Source: an uncultured delta proteobacterium (GTDB lineage Bacteria > Myxococcota > Myxococcia > Myxococcales > Anaeromyxobacteraceae). From it: a DNA stretch of 64,000 nt. Under the pieces are notes generated by a model. That model was not told the origin of the DNA. It made no database searches and saw only the letters and a program-made list of their open reading frames with translations. A program made the position numbers and the translations under genes. The stretch covers positions 128,001 through 192,000 of the forward strand of contig CAWFDF010000003.1 of assembly GCA_963814585.1 (NCBI GenBank), given 5' to 3'. Of this stretch, positions 31,542 to 41,318 are shown piece after piece; position 1 is the first letter of the stretch, and every line of letters starts with the position of its first letter.

Positions 31542-34500
31542 CCCGCTTCGTCGGCATCGACCTCGGCGCCGAGACCATCAAGGTGGTGGAGCTGGCCGGG
31601 GTCCCGGGGGAGCTCCGCTGGACCCGGCGCGCCGCGGTCGAGCACCGCGGGCAGCCCGCCGCGGCGCTGGCCGGGGTGCTGGCCGGATTCGACTGGCCCG
31701 GGGTCGCCGCGGCCGCGGTCACCGGCCGGCTCGGCGCCCGCGTGGCGCTGCCGCGGATCCCGCAGAAGCAGGCGCAGGCGGCGGGGGCCCGCCACCTGCT
31801 CGGCGACGACCCGCTCACCGTGGTGTCCATCGGCGCCCACGGCTTCACCGTGCTGGAGCTGCGCGGGGGCGGCGTCGAGATCTTCCGCGAGAACTCCCGC
31901 TGCTCCCAGGGGACCGGCAACTTCCTTCGCCAGCTGGTGCGAGCGCTTCGGGCTCGAGGTGGAGGCCGCCGCGGCGCTGGCGCGAGGGCGTCCAGGATCC
32001 GGCGCCGCTCAGCGGCCGCTGCCCGGTGATCCTCAAGACCGACATGACCCACCTGGCCAACAAGGGCGAGGGGCGCGAGCGGATCCTGGCCGGGCTGCTC
32101 GACGCCGTCGCCGAGAACGTCGCAGGTGCTGATCAAGCCACGCCGCGGCCCGGCGCGGCTGGCGCTGGCCGGCGGCGTGGCCCGCGCCTCGCGGGTCCGC
32201 GACCACTTCGACCGCTTCGCCCGCCGCCACGGCATGGTCCTCGACGGCTCGAGCGCCGACGACGGCCTCTACCTCGACGCGCTGGGCGCGGCCCTGGCCG
32301 CCGTCGCCGGCGCGCGCCCGGCCGCCGCCGCTCGCCAGCCTCTTCCAGCCGGCGCCGGAGGGCCCCCTGGAGCGGCTGCCGCCGCTGTCGGCCTCGCTGG
32401 CCCGCGTCCGCCGCCTGCCCCGAGCCCGCCGCGGGTGGCCCTCCGGCCGGGCGGCGCGACGCCGTGCTCGGCTTCGACATCGGCTCGACCGGCTCCAAGG
32501 CGGTGCTCCTCGACGCCGAGACCCGCCAGCCGCTCTGGGAGGGCTACCTCCGCACCGACGGCGATCCGGTGGGCGCCGCCCAGCGCCTGGTGGAGCGGCT
32601 GCTGCGCAGCGAGGCCGCCGCGCCACCGCGTGCTCGGCTTCGGCGCCACCGGCTCGCGGGCGCGAGATCGTCGGCTCGCTGCTGGCCACCTGCTACGGCG
32701 GCGAGCGCGGTCTACGTGCTCAACGAGATCGCCGCCCACGCCGCCGGCGCGCTCCACGTCGACCCGCGCGTCGACACCATCTTCGAGATCGGCGGCCAGG
32801 ACGCCAAGTACATCCGGCTGGACGGGCGGGCGCGTCGTCGACGCCGCCATGAACGAGGCCTGCTCGCGCCGGCACCGGCTCCTTCATCGAGGAGCAGGGC
32901 GAGCCGCTTCCAGGGCGTCGAGACGTGACCCAGCTGGGCGAGGAGGCGCTGGCCGCCGCCGAGGGCGTGTCGCTCGGCCAGCACTGCTCGGTCTTCATGG
33001 CCGAGGTCATCGACGAGGCGGTGGCCGCGGGGCGTGGCGCGCGGCGCCGATCATGGCCGGGCATCTACGACTCGGTGATGGCCAGAACTACCTGAACCGC
33101 GTCAAGGGCACGCGCTCGGTCGGGCAGGTCATCTTCTGCCAGGGCATGCCCTTCGCCTCCGACGCGCTGGCCGCCGCGGTGGCGCGCCAGACCGGCGCCG
33201 AGGTGATCGTGCCGCCGCGCCCCGGGCTACAGTGGGCGCCATCGGCATCGCGCTGCTGGCGGCGGCCGAGCTGCCGCTGGCGGGGCGCGGCGCCCGCCGA
33301 CCTGGCGCGCCTTCCTCGCGGCGCGGGTCGACGCGCAAGGACCAGCTTCGTCTGCAAGTCGACGCAGGGCTGCGGCGGCGCCGGCAACAAGTGCCGCATC
33401 GACCGGCTGCACACCGACGTCGGGGGCGAGGCCAGGCGCTTCACCTGGGGTGGCGGCTGCTCGCTCTACGACCAGGGGACCCGGCCAGCGCAAGCTCCCC
33501 GACCTGGCGCCCGACCCGTTCCGCGAGCGGCGACGCCCTGGTGGCGGAGGTGGTGGACGGGCTGCCGCCGCCGCGGCGGGCGGCGGCGTGGTGGCGCTCA
33601 CCGACGAGTTCCAGCTCAAGGGGCTGCTTCCCCTTCTTCGCCACCTTCCTCCACGGGCTCGGGCTCGACGTGGCCGTGCGCGCCGGGCGCGCGACCAGGC
33701 CGCGCTCAAGCGCGGCATCGAGGAGGCGCAACGTCCCCTTCTGCGCGCCCATGCAGCAGTACCACGGCCTGGTCGCCGGCCTGGCCGAGCGCGGCCACGA
33801 CCTCCTCTTCGTGCCCGCTGCTGCGCGACCTGCCCCGGGTCGCCGGCGAGCGCACCTCCGCGGCTCTGCCCGATCGTGCAGGCGAGCGCCGGACATGCTG
33901 CGGCTCGGACCTCGGCCGGCCGAGGCGTCGGCGCGGCTGCTCTCGCCGGTGATCGACATCGGGCCGGAGGGCCTGGATCGAGCGAGTTCCTCGAGCGCTC
34001 CTGCCGGCGCGCTGGCCGCGTCGCTCGGCGTCGACCGGCGAGGCGGCCGTGGCCGGCGGCCTCTCGGCGGCGCCGCGCCGCGCCAGGCCGGCTTCGACGC
34101 GCGGCTGCCTGGCGCTCGGGCAGCGCGCGCTCGACTTCTGCCGGGCGCACGGCGTCACGCCGGTGGTGGTGCTCGGGCGCAGCTACACCATCCACAACGA
34201 CGTGCTCAACTCCAACGTGCCGGCCATCCTGCGCGAGCAGGGGGCCATCGGCATCCCGCTCGACTGCTACCCGGTGGCCGACGACGCGCCGGTCTTCGAC
34301 GACGTCTTCTGGGGCCACGGCCAGCGGATCCTGCGCGCCGCCCGGCAGGTCCGCCGCACCCCCGGCGTCTACGGCCTCTTCTGCTCCAACTACTCCTGCG
34401 GCCCCGACAGCTTCACCTCGCACTTCTGCGCCTACCTCATGGAGGGCAAGCCGTTCGCGGTCATCGAGACCGACGGCCACTCCGGCGACGCCGGCACCAC

Positions 34501-35870
34501 GACCCGCGTCGAGGCCTTCCTCCACTGCGTGCGGGAGGACCTGCGCCAGGGGCGCGGCGCCGAGCCCAACGACCCGGCCCGGCTGAACGTGCCGCGCCGG
34601 ACCCTCGGCGACGTGGCCGCGCGCGGCGAGCGGGTGCTGGTGCCGCCCATGGGGCCCGAGGCCGAGGCGCTGGTGGCCGGGCTGCGCGGGCTGGGGGTGG
34701 CGGCCGAGCTGCTGCCGCGCCCGACCCGCCAGACGCTCTCGCTGGGGCGGCGGCAGACCTCCGGCAAGGAGTGCCTGCCGCTGACCATCACGCTGGGCAG
34801 CCTGCTGGAGCGGCTGGAGCGGGCCGGACCCGGGGACCGGGCGCTTCGCCTTCTTCATGCCGGGCTCCGACGGCCCGTGCCGCTTCGGCGCCTACCGGCA
34901 GCTGCAGCAGCTGGTGCTCGACCGGCTCGGCTGGCGGGAGCGGGTCGCCATCTGGTCGCCGCCGCTGGGCGACTACTTCCGCGGCCTGCCGCCGGGCTTC
35001 GCCGCCATCGTCTACGCCGGCTTCTGCGCCTACGGGGCGCTGGAGGAGGCGCTCCACGACGTGCGGCCGGTCGAGGCCAGCCCGGGGGCCGCCGAGGCCA
35101 TCCACGCCGGCGCCTCGGCGCGCCTCTCCGCGCTGGTCGAGACCGCGGTGCGCGGCGACCTCTCGGCGGCGGCGGTGCTGCGCGAGGTCTCCACCGGGCG
35201 GGTCTGGTCCATCCCGCGGCTGGTGAACGAGGCGGCGCTGGCGCTGGCCGCCGTCAAGTCGCCGCGCCGCGTCCCCAGCGTGCTCCTCTCCGGCGAGATC
35301 TACGTGCGCTGCGACCCCTTCGCCAACGGCGAGGTGGCGCGGGCGCTGGAGCGGCGCGGGCTGCGCGTCAGGCTGGAGCCGCTCTCCGAGTTCATCCAGT
35401 ACACCGACTGGGTGGCGTGGAAGCGCGGCTGGAAGAGCGGGCTGCTGGCGCGGCTGGACCGCTGGCTGCGCGACCGGATCCTCCACCGCTGCCACGCCGC
35501 CGCGGCCGGGCCGCTCGGCCTGCCGCCGCCGCCGCCCATCGGCGACGCGGTGACCGCGGCCGGCGACTACCTGGACCACCACGTCGAGGTGGAGACCCTG
35601 CTCACCATCGGGGTGCCGGTGCGGGCCTGGCGCCGGGGCGAGGTCGACGCGGTGGTGAGCGTCGGGCCGCTGGAGTGCATGCCCAACAAGCTGGCCGAGG
35701 CGCAGCTCCACCACGTCGCCGAGCGCGAGGGGCTGCTCTCGCTCACCCTCTCCCTCAACGGGGACCCCCTCGACGAGGCGGCGCTCGACGGCTTCGCCTT
35801 CGAGGTGCACCGGCGGTTCGGCACGCCGGACGTGGTAGGGGTGGAGCCATGTCAGCCCCCGCCCCGCTGA
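31538..35870 (+). pseudogene. Large CoA-substrate-specific enzyme activase (two BadF/BcrAD ATPase domains plus DUF2229/2-hydroxyacyl-CoA dehydratase-like regions), broken by many indels; may be intact in vivo
   Basis: GIDLGAETIK, NSRCSQGTG, CPVILKTDMTHLANKG, GFDIGSTGSK, FEIGGQDAKY, MNEAC, NYSCGPDSF, SGKECLP, GPCRFG, GEIYVR and GPLECMP occur in successive frames. Confidence 0.85.
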
Positions 35871-36718
35871 GCTTCGAGCGGCCGCCCGCAGTCTGGCCGT
35901 GGCTGGCCAGGGCGGTCCTCTCCAGGCGGCCATCCCTGCTCGCCCCCGGTGAGACCATCCCGGCGCTGGAGGCCCGCCTGGCGCCGGCGGTGCCCGACAC
36001 CGCCCACCTCGAGGCCTACCGCGAGCTGTGCGGCTTCGAGCCCGACGAGCGGCTGCCCATCACCTACCCGCACGTGCTGGCCGGCTCGATCCACCTCGCC
36101 CTGCTCACCAGCGAGCGCTTCCCGCTCAAGGTGCTGGGGCTGGTCCACCTGCGCAGCCGCATCGAGGCCCGCCGCGCCATCGGCCAGCTCGAGCCCATCG
36201 ACCTGCGCTGCCGGGTCGACGGCCACCGCGAGACCGACCGCGGGCAGGAGTTCGACCTCCTCACCGAGGCCCGCGCCGGCGGCCAGGTGGCCTGGACCGA
36301 GACCTCGACGCTGCTGGCGCGCCGCCCCGGCTCCCGACCGCCTCGCCCGCCGCCCGGCCCGCTGGCGCCCCCCGGGGCCCGCGCCGCCGAGTGGATCCTG
36401 GGCGCCGACCTGGGGCGCCGCTACGCCAGGGTCTCCGGCGACTACAACCCCATCCACCTGAGCGGCGCCACCGCCCGCCTCTTCGGCTTTCGGCGCGCCA
36501 TCGCCCACGGCATGTGGACGCTGGCCCGGGCGGCGGCCGAGCTCCAGCCGCGGGTGGCCGGCGGCGCCACCGTGCTCGACGTGGCCTTCAAGCTGCCGGT
36601 GCTGCTCCCCGGCCGCGTCTGGTTCCGCGAGTGGCCGGAGGCGCGCGGCTTCGGCTTCGCGCTGCTCGACGCCGCCGGCGAGCGGCCCCACGCGGTGGGG
36701 ACGTTCGGGGCGGCGTAG
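35849..36718 (+). CDS. MaoC-family (R)-specific enoyl-CoA hydratase/dehydratase
   Basis: YARVSGDYNPIHL, AIAHGMW, FKLPVLLPG; double hot-dog length. Confidence 0.9.
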   Translation: MSAPAPLSFERPPAVWPWLARAVLSRRPSLLAPGETIPALEARLAPAVPDTAHLEAYRELCGFEPDERLPITYPHVLAGSIHLALLTSERFPLKVLGLVHLRSRIEARRAIGQLEPIDLRCRVDGHRETDRGQEFDLLTEARAGGQVAWTETSTLLARRPGSRPPRPPPGPLAPPGARAAEWILGADLGRRYARVSGDYNPIHLSGATARLFGFRRAIAHGMWTLARAAAELQPRVAGGATVLDVAFKLPVLLPGRVWFREWPEARGFGFALLDAAGERPHAVGTFGAA

Positions 36719-36865
36719 GGGCGGCGGGGCGCCGGGCGCGTGGAGACTGCCGGGGCGCCGTCGAGGACGTACGCCATCCGCGACCATGGCGTCTTCGCCC
36801 GGCGCGCCGGAGCCGGCCTGGTCCCCGAATCGGCGCCCAGGCCCGGCCGGCGTTAGCTTCCCCCC

Positions 36866-37564
36866 ATGTCCAAGCCCGAGCGCCCCTGGATCGTCACCCC
36901 CCACCGACCCATCGTGAAGCACGAGACCAACCTCTGGACCGTGGACGGGCGGCTGCCGGGGACGTCCGTCCCGCGTCGCATGGCCATGGTGCGGCGCCAG
37001 GACGGGACGCTGGTCTTCTATCACGCCATCCCGCTCGCCGAGGCGGCCCTGGCCGAGGTGCTGGCCTGGGGCCGGCCGGCCGAGCTGGTGGTGGGAAACG
37101 CCAGCCACGGCGCCGACGCCGACGCCTTCGCCAGGAAGCTGGGGGTGAAGATCTACGGCCCGCGCGCCGACGCCCCGCGGATGCGGGCCCGCTGGGAGCT
37201 GGCCGGCGCGCTGGAGGACCTGCCGGTCGATCCCACCGTCACCTTCGAGTCGGTGGCCGGCACCAAGGCCGGCGAGCCGGTCGAGCTGGTGCGGAGCGGC
37301 GACCGGCTCAGCCTGGTCTTCTGTGACGCCCTGCAGAACCATGGTGAGGACGGGCCGCTCATCACCCGGCTCCTCGGCTTCCGCGGTGGGCCGCGGGTGG
37401 TGCCGATCTTCAAGCTCCTCTTCACCAGCGACCGGGCGGCCCTCAAGGCCCACCTGCTCCGGCTCGCGGACCTCCCCGGGCTGGCACGGCTCATCCCCTG
37501 CCACGGCGCCATCGTCGAGCGCGACGCGCCGGCGGTGCTGCGCCAGGTGGCGGCGGGGCTCTGA
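36866..37564 (+). CDS. Hypothetical protein, DUF4336/metallo-beta-lactamase-like fold
   Basis: NLWTV, RRMAMVR..DGTLV, NASH, FCDAL, LIPCHG. Confidence 0.65.
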   Translation: MSKPERPWIVTPHRPIVKHETNLWTVDGRLPGTSVPRRMAMVRRQDGTLVFYHAIPLAEAALAEVLAWGRPAELVVGNASHGADADAFARKLGVKIYGPRADAPRMRARWELAGALEDLPVDPTVTFESVAGTKAGEPVELVRSGDRLSLVFCDALQNHGEDGPLITRLLGFRGGPRVVPIFKLLFTSDRAALKAHLLRLADLPGLARLIPCHGAIVERDAPAVLRQVAAGL

Positions 37565-37582
37565 CCGCGCGGAGGGGAGGCC

Positions 37583-37850
37583 TTGCCGATCTGGTTCGTC
37601 AGCGTGCTGGTCGACGGCCAGGAGGAGGCGCTGCGCCTCGACACCGGGGGGCTCGGCTTCACGAAGATGGCCGGCCTGCTCCTCGGCCAGGGCCAAGTCC
37701 TCCGCGGCGACGACGGGTTCGGTCCCGCAGTGGCGGGCGCCAGCAGGAACTCGAACCACGACGCCGACGTCATCGTCATCGGCTCCGGCATGGGAGGGCT
37801 GACCACCGCCGCACCCCACGACGGGTGCGGCACCGTGTCGCAATATACGC
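37583..37850 (+). pseudogene. Probable degenerate gene remnant (VOC/glyoxalase-like)
   Basis: VSVLVDGQEEAL...GLGFTK and MGGLTTAAPHDGCG resemble the N- and C-terminal motifs of VOC proteins, with the middle missing. Confidence 0.35.
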
Positions 37851-37966
37851 TGGAATTTCCTGTACTTGGACGCCACGGAGGTGTCGATTCGACTTGCGGT
37901 TCCATAGGGCCCGATTACCTGAGGTGGATGTTCCGTTGGCTTCAGCGGTGCGGGCGTTCCAGGGGC

Positions 37967-38641
37967 ATGGTGCTGGCGGTCCTCGCCGCGGCCATGGTCG
38001 GCCTCGTTCCCTCCAGCGCCACGGCCGACGCCGGCGGGCTGGCCTTGCGCCTCGACCCGACGATGGCCTCCGACCCCGCCAGGCCGGCCCCTCCTCCCGG
38101 CGCCCTCCGGGGCGCCCTGGAGGCGGCGCCACCGGACGCCGGCGCGCTCGACTTCGATCTGCTGGGCGAGGCCCCGGCGCCCACCGCCGGCCCGGACGCC
38201 GGTGCGCTCAGGACCCGCCGCACCATTCTCACGCTCCACCAGGGGCTCGGCATCGGACTGGTCGGCCTCTCGGTGGCGACCGTGGCCGTCGGCCAGCTCG
38301 ACTACAACGACAAGTTCAACGGTGGGCCGAACACTGGCAAGTACCGCGCGCCGCACGCGGTGCTCGCCTACACCACGGCCGGCGTCTTCGCCGTCACCGG
38401 CCTCACCGCGCTCCTGGCCCCGTCGCCGGTCGAGGCCCCGGCGACCCTGGATTGGGTCATGGTGCACCGCATCGCCCTCTTCACGGCCACCGCGGCCATG
38501 GCCGCCCAGGTGGGGCTGGGGATCTACACGGCCTCGCGCGAGGGCTACGTCGACCAGGCCGGCGTCGCCAAGGTCCACCTCGTCCTCGGCTACGTCACGC
38601 TGGCCGCCATCGCCGCCGGCGTCGGCGCGCTGGTCTTCTAG
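37967..38641 (+). CDS. Four-TM membrane protein with four helix-associated His residues (cytochrome b561-like)
   Basis: LTLHQGLG, APHAVLA, MVHRIAL and KVHLVLG each begin a hydrophobic helix; adjacent to yceI. Start may be 37928. Confidence 0.6.
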   Translation: MVLAVLAAAMVGLVPSSATADAGGLALRLDPTMASDPARPAPPPGALRGALEAAPPDAGALDFDLLGEAPAPTAGPDAGALRTRRTILTLHQGLGIGLVGLSVATVAVGQLDYNDKFNGGPNTGKYRAPHAVLAYTTAGVFAVTGLTALLAPSPVEAPATLDWVMVHRIALFTATAAMAAQVGLGIYTASREGYVDQAGVAKVHLVLGYVTLAAIAAGVGALVF

Positions 38642-38649
38642 GAGAACTG

Positions 38650-39216
38650 GTGACCTCCCTCCTGCTCGCCCTGACGCTCGCCACCGGTGGCCCGGCCACG
38701 ACCAGCTGGGTGGTCGACCCGGCGGCCAGCACGGTCCGCTACCGGGTGGTCCACAAGCTCCACCAGGTCGACGGCGCCTCGAGCCGAATCGAGGGCAAGG
38801 CGTCGGTGCAGGCCAACGGGCACGTCATCACCATGCTCCGTGCACCCATCGACTCCTTCGACTCCGGGGATCGGAACCGGGACTCGCACCTGCTGGAGGT
38901 CATGGAATCGGCCACCCATCCCTTCGTGGTGGTCAAGGCTGCCGGGGCGCTGCCCCCGGGGACGGCGACGGTCGGTGCCCCGGCCTCGACGGCGCTGCTC
39001 CAGCTCGACGGGGCGGTCGAGTTGCACGGGGTCAAGCAGCCCATCTCGGTGCCGGTCGAGCTCGAGGTCCGCGGGGACGGCTCGGCACGGGCCCGGGGCG
39101 GCTTCGACGTCAGCCTGGAGGCGCATCGCGTCGAGAGACCCTCGCTGCTCTTCGTGAAGGTCGAAGATCGCTGCCGGATCGAGTTCGACCTGGCGCTCCA
39201 GGTGGCCTCGCCGTGA
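38650..39216 (+). CDS. YceI-family protein
   Basis: WVVDPAASTVRY, FDSGDRNRDSHL, G.VELHGVKQ; GGAG RBS before GTG 38650. Confidence 0.85.
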   Translation: MTSLLLALTLATGGPATTSWVVDPAASTVRYRVVHKLHQVDGASSRIEGKASVQANGHVITMLRAPIDSFDSGDRNRDSHLLEVMESATHPFVVVKAAGALPPGTATVGAPASTALLQLDGAVELHGVKQPISVPVELEVRGDGSARARGGFDVSLEAHRVERPSLLFVKVEDRCRIEFDLALQVASP

Positions 39217-39641
39217 ACTGGATCGCCGCCACCGGGTTCTTGCTCCTGGCCGGCTGCATCCCGGAAGAGGGTCCGATGATGTCGCCCGGGGAGGACTGCC
39301 TCACCTGCCACCAGGGCGGCGAGGCCAGCCGGTGGAGCGTGGCCGGGACCGTCTACCCCGGCCTCGACTCGCCCTCGTTTGACGGCCTCCACGGGGCCAC
39401 CGTCACCGTCACCGACGCCACCGGGCGGACCATCTCGCTGCTGACCAACCTGGCCGGGAACTTCTACCTGGCCGACCCGCTCACCTTCCCGCTCAGCACC
39501 TCGGTGGCGGCGGGTGGCCAGACCCGGACCATGGGGGTGGCCGTCGCCTACGGGGGCTGCAACAGCTGCCACCGCCGGCCGGGGCGGGGGTGGGTTACGC
39601 CGTTTGCCCCGCCGTCGGCCGCGCTCGGGCCGGACGGCTAG
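39213..39641 (+). CDS. Diheme c-type cytochrome lipoprotein
   Basis: Lipobox LAGC; CLTCH and CNSCH flank a beta-rich segment (GATVTVTDATG...TNLAGNFY); GTGA overlap with yceI. Confidence 0.8.
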   Translation: MNWIAATGFLLLAGCIPEEGPMMSPGEDCLTCHQGGEASRWSVAGTVYPGLDSPSFDGLHGATVTVTDATGRTISLLTNLAGNFYLADPLTFPLSTSVAAGGQTRTMGVAVAYGGCNSCHRRPGRGWVTPFAPPSAALGPDG

Positions 39642-39727
39642 CCCCGCGGCCCGGTCCCGCCGTCCACCGTCGCCGAGTTCCCTCCGCTTCACCCGCAGCC
39701 AACCATCACCCGCATCGAGGTGCTCAC

Positions 39728-40426
39728 GTGAACCACCAGCCTGCCGCCGCCACCGCCTCCCGCCGTGCCGCGCCCTCCCCGTCGCTACCCTCCACCCGCT
39801 TGCTCTCCTCCGCCCTGGTGGGCGTGGTCGGGGCCGGCGGCCTGGCCGGCTGCACCAAGTCGGCCAATCCGGTCGACTGCGCGGCACCGACCTACAACAA
39901 CACCATCACCGGGACCCCCACCAACCCCATCCCCGCCGACCTCGCGGAGTTCACCGCCAGGTGCGACGCCCGGGGTGGCTTCGTCCAGACCCACGCCTGG
40001 TGCGCGGGCGCCAACAGCTGCAAGGGGCTCTCCCTGAGCTTCGGCGTGCTCACCGACCACTCCTGCAAGGGCATGAACACCTGCGAGGGGTTCAGCTGCG
40101 TCGACGGCGTCACCGACAAGGGCCTGACCGGCGCCTCCATCTACGCCACCTCCTGCAAGGGCTGCCACGGCGACGGGAAGTTCGTGGTCCTGGCCAGGGC
40201 CGGCAGTGCCGCAGAGCGGCTGGCGGCCTTCCAGGCCACCACGCCCGAGAACGCGCTCCGCCTCCTCTCGGTCGTCGCCTTCGGCACCCAGGGCCAGAAC
40301 GCCAACGGGACCGGGTACGCCAACATGCCCATCTTCAGGCAGCAGCTCTCCCGCCCCGAGCTCCAGCGGGTGGTGGACTACGCGCGAGCCCTCCCCGCCG
40401 AAGCCGCCGAGTACGTGGCCTGGTAG
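39728..40426 (+). CDS. Lipoprotein with bufferin-like Cys repeats fused to a cytochrome c domain; putative MNIO substrate
   Basis: GAGG RBS; lipobox LAGC; CAGANSCKG and CKGMNTCEG; GASIYATSCKGCHG heme motif; NMP distal Met and LS..EL..VV.Y helix. Confidence 0.75.
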   Translation: MNHQPAAATASRRAAPSPSLPSTRLLSSALVGVVGAGGLAGCTKSANPVDCAAPTYNNTITGTPTNPIPADLAEFTARCDARGGFVQTHAWCAGANSCKGLSLSFGVLTDHSCKGMNTCEGFSCVDGVTDKGLTGASIYATSCKGCHGDGKFVVLARAGSAAERLAAFQATTPENALRLLSVVAFGTQGQNANGTGYANMPIFRQQLSRPELQRVVDYARALPAEAAEYVAW

Positions 40427-40436
40427 GCGCGGGGCG

Positions 40437-41318
40437 ATGGGGGCCCCGTCACCTGGTCCGACGGGGCCGTTGACCTCGCCGGGTCGCCAGCTCGATCCCC
40501 TGGCGCGCCGCGTGGCCCGCGACGCGCTCGGGATCGGCCTGCGACCGCAGCACTACCCCGAGTTCTTCGAGCAGTGGCCGGAGCTCGGCTACCTGGAGAT
40601 CATCAGCGACAACTTCATGGGGGCCGCGGCCCTCCCGCTCCGGCACCTGGAGCGGTTCCGGGAGCGCTACCCGATCGTGCTCCACGGCGTCGGCCTCAAC
40701 CTCCTGGGCGAGGCGCCCCTCGACGAGGCCTACCTCGACCGGCTGGCGCGGCTGGCCGACCGCGTCGACGCCCCGTTCGTCACCGATCACCTCTGCTGGA
40801 CCGGCGCCCACGGCATCTCGCACCACGACCTGCTCCCCGCCCCGTACCTCCCCGAGCTGGTCGAGCTGGCGGCCGAGCGGGCCGCGGCGGTCCAGCGGCG
40901 GCTTGGGCGGCCCTTCGGCATCGAGAACCTCTCCACCTACCTGGAGTTCACCACCTCGACGATGACCGAGTGGGAGTTCTACACCTCGGTGGTGAAGGCC
41001 TCGGGCTGCTGGTTCATGCTCGACGTCAACAACGTCTACGTCTCCAGCGTCAACCACGGCTTCGATCCCCGCGCCTACCTGCGCGCCATCGACCCCTCGA
41101 GGGTGCTGCAGGTCCACCTGGCCGGGCACTCGGTGGAGGCCGACGGCACCATCGTCGACACCCACGACCACCCGGTCTGCGACGAGGTCTGGCGCCTCTA
41201 CGCCGAGACCTGGCGCGCCGGCGGGCCATTCCCCACCCTGCTCGAGTGGGACGGCCGAATCCCGCCGCTGCGGGAGGTGGTTGGCGAACTCGAGAAGGCG
41301 CTGGAGGTCCGCCGGTGA
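40437..41318 (+). CDS. DUF692 multinuclear non-heme iron oxidative enzyme (MNIO, BufB/MbnB-like)
   Basis: GIGLRPQHY, LHGVGL, TDHLCW, DLLP.PY, IENLSTY, LDVNNVYVSSVNHG, VHLAGH, DTH, LLEWD. Confidence 0.95.
   Translation: MGAPSPGPTGPLTSPGRQLDPLARRVARDALGIGLRPQHYPEFFEQWPELGYLEIISDNFMGAAALPLRHLERFRERYPIVLHGVGLNLLGEAPLDEAYLDRLARLADRVDAPFVTDHLCWTGAHGISHHDLLPAPYLPELVELAAERAAAVQRRLGRPFGIENLSTYLEFTTSTMTEWEFYTSVVKASGCWFMLDVNNVYVSSVNHGFDPRAYLRAIDPSRVLQVHLAGHSVEADGTIVDTHDHPVCDEVWRLYAETWRAGGPFPTLLEWDGRIPPLREVVGELEKALEVRR

Noticed and set aside
36720..36865. Structured RNA or riboswitch in the MaoC-DUF4336 spacer
   Set aside because: GC-rich hairpins are possible but I recognise no conserved riboswitch motif.
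37765..37812. DADVIVIGSGMGGLTTAA as an FAD-dependent oxidoreductase
   Set aside because: Only an isolated GxGxxG stretch with no following domain; treated as part of a gene remnant.
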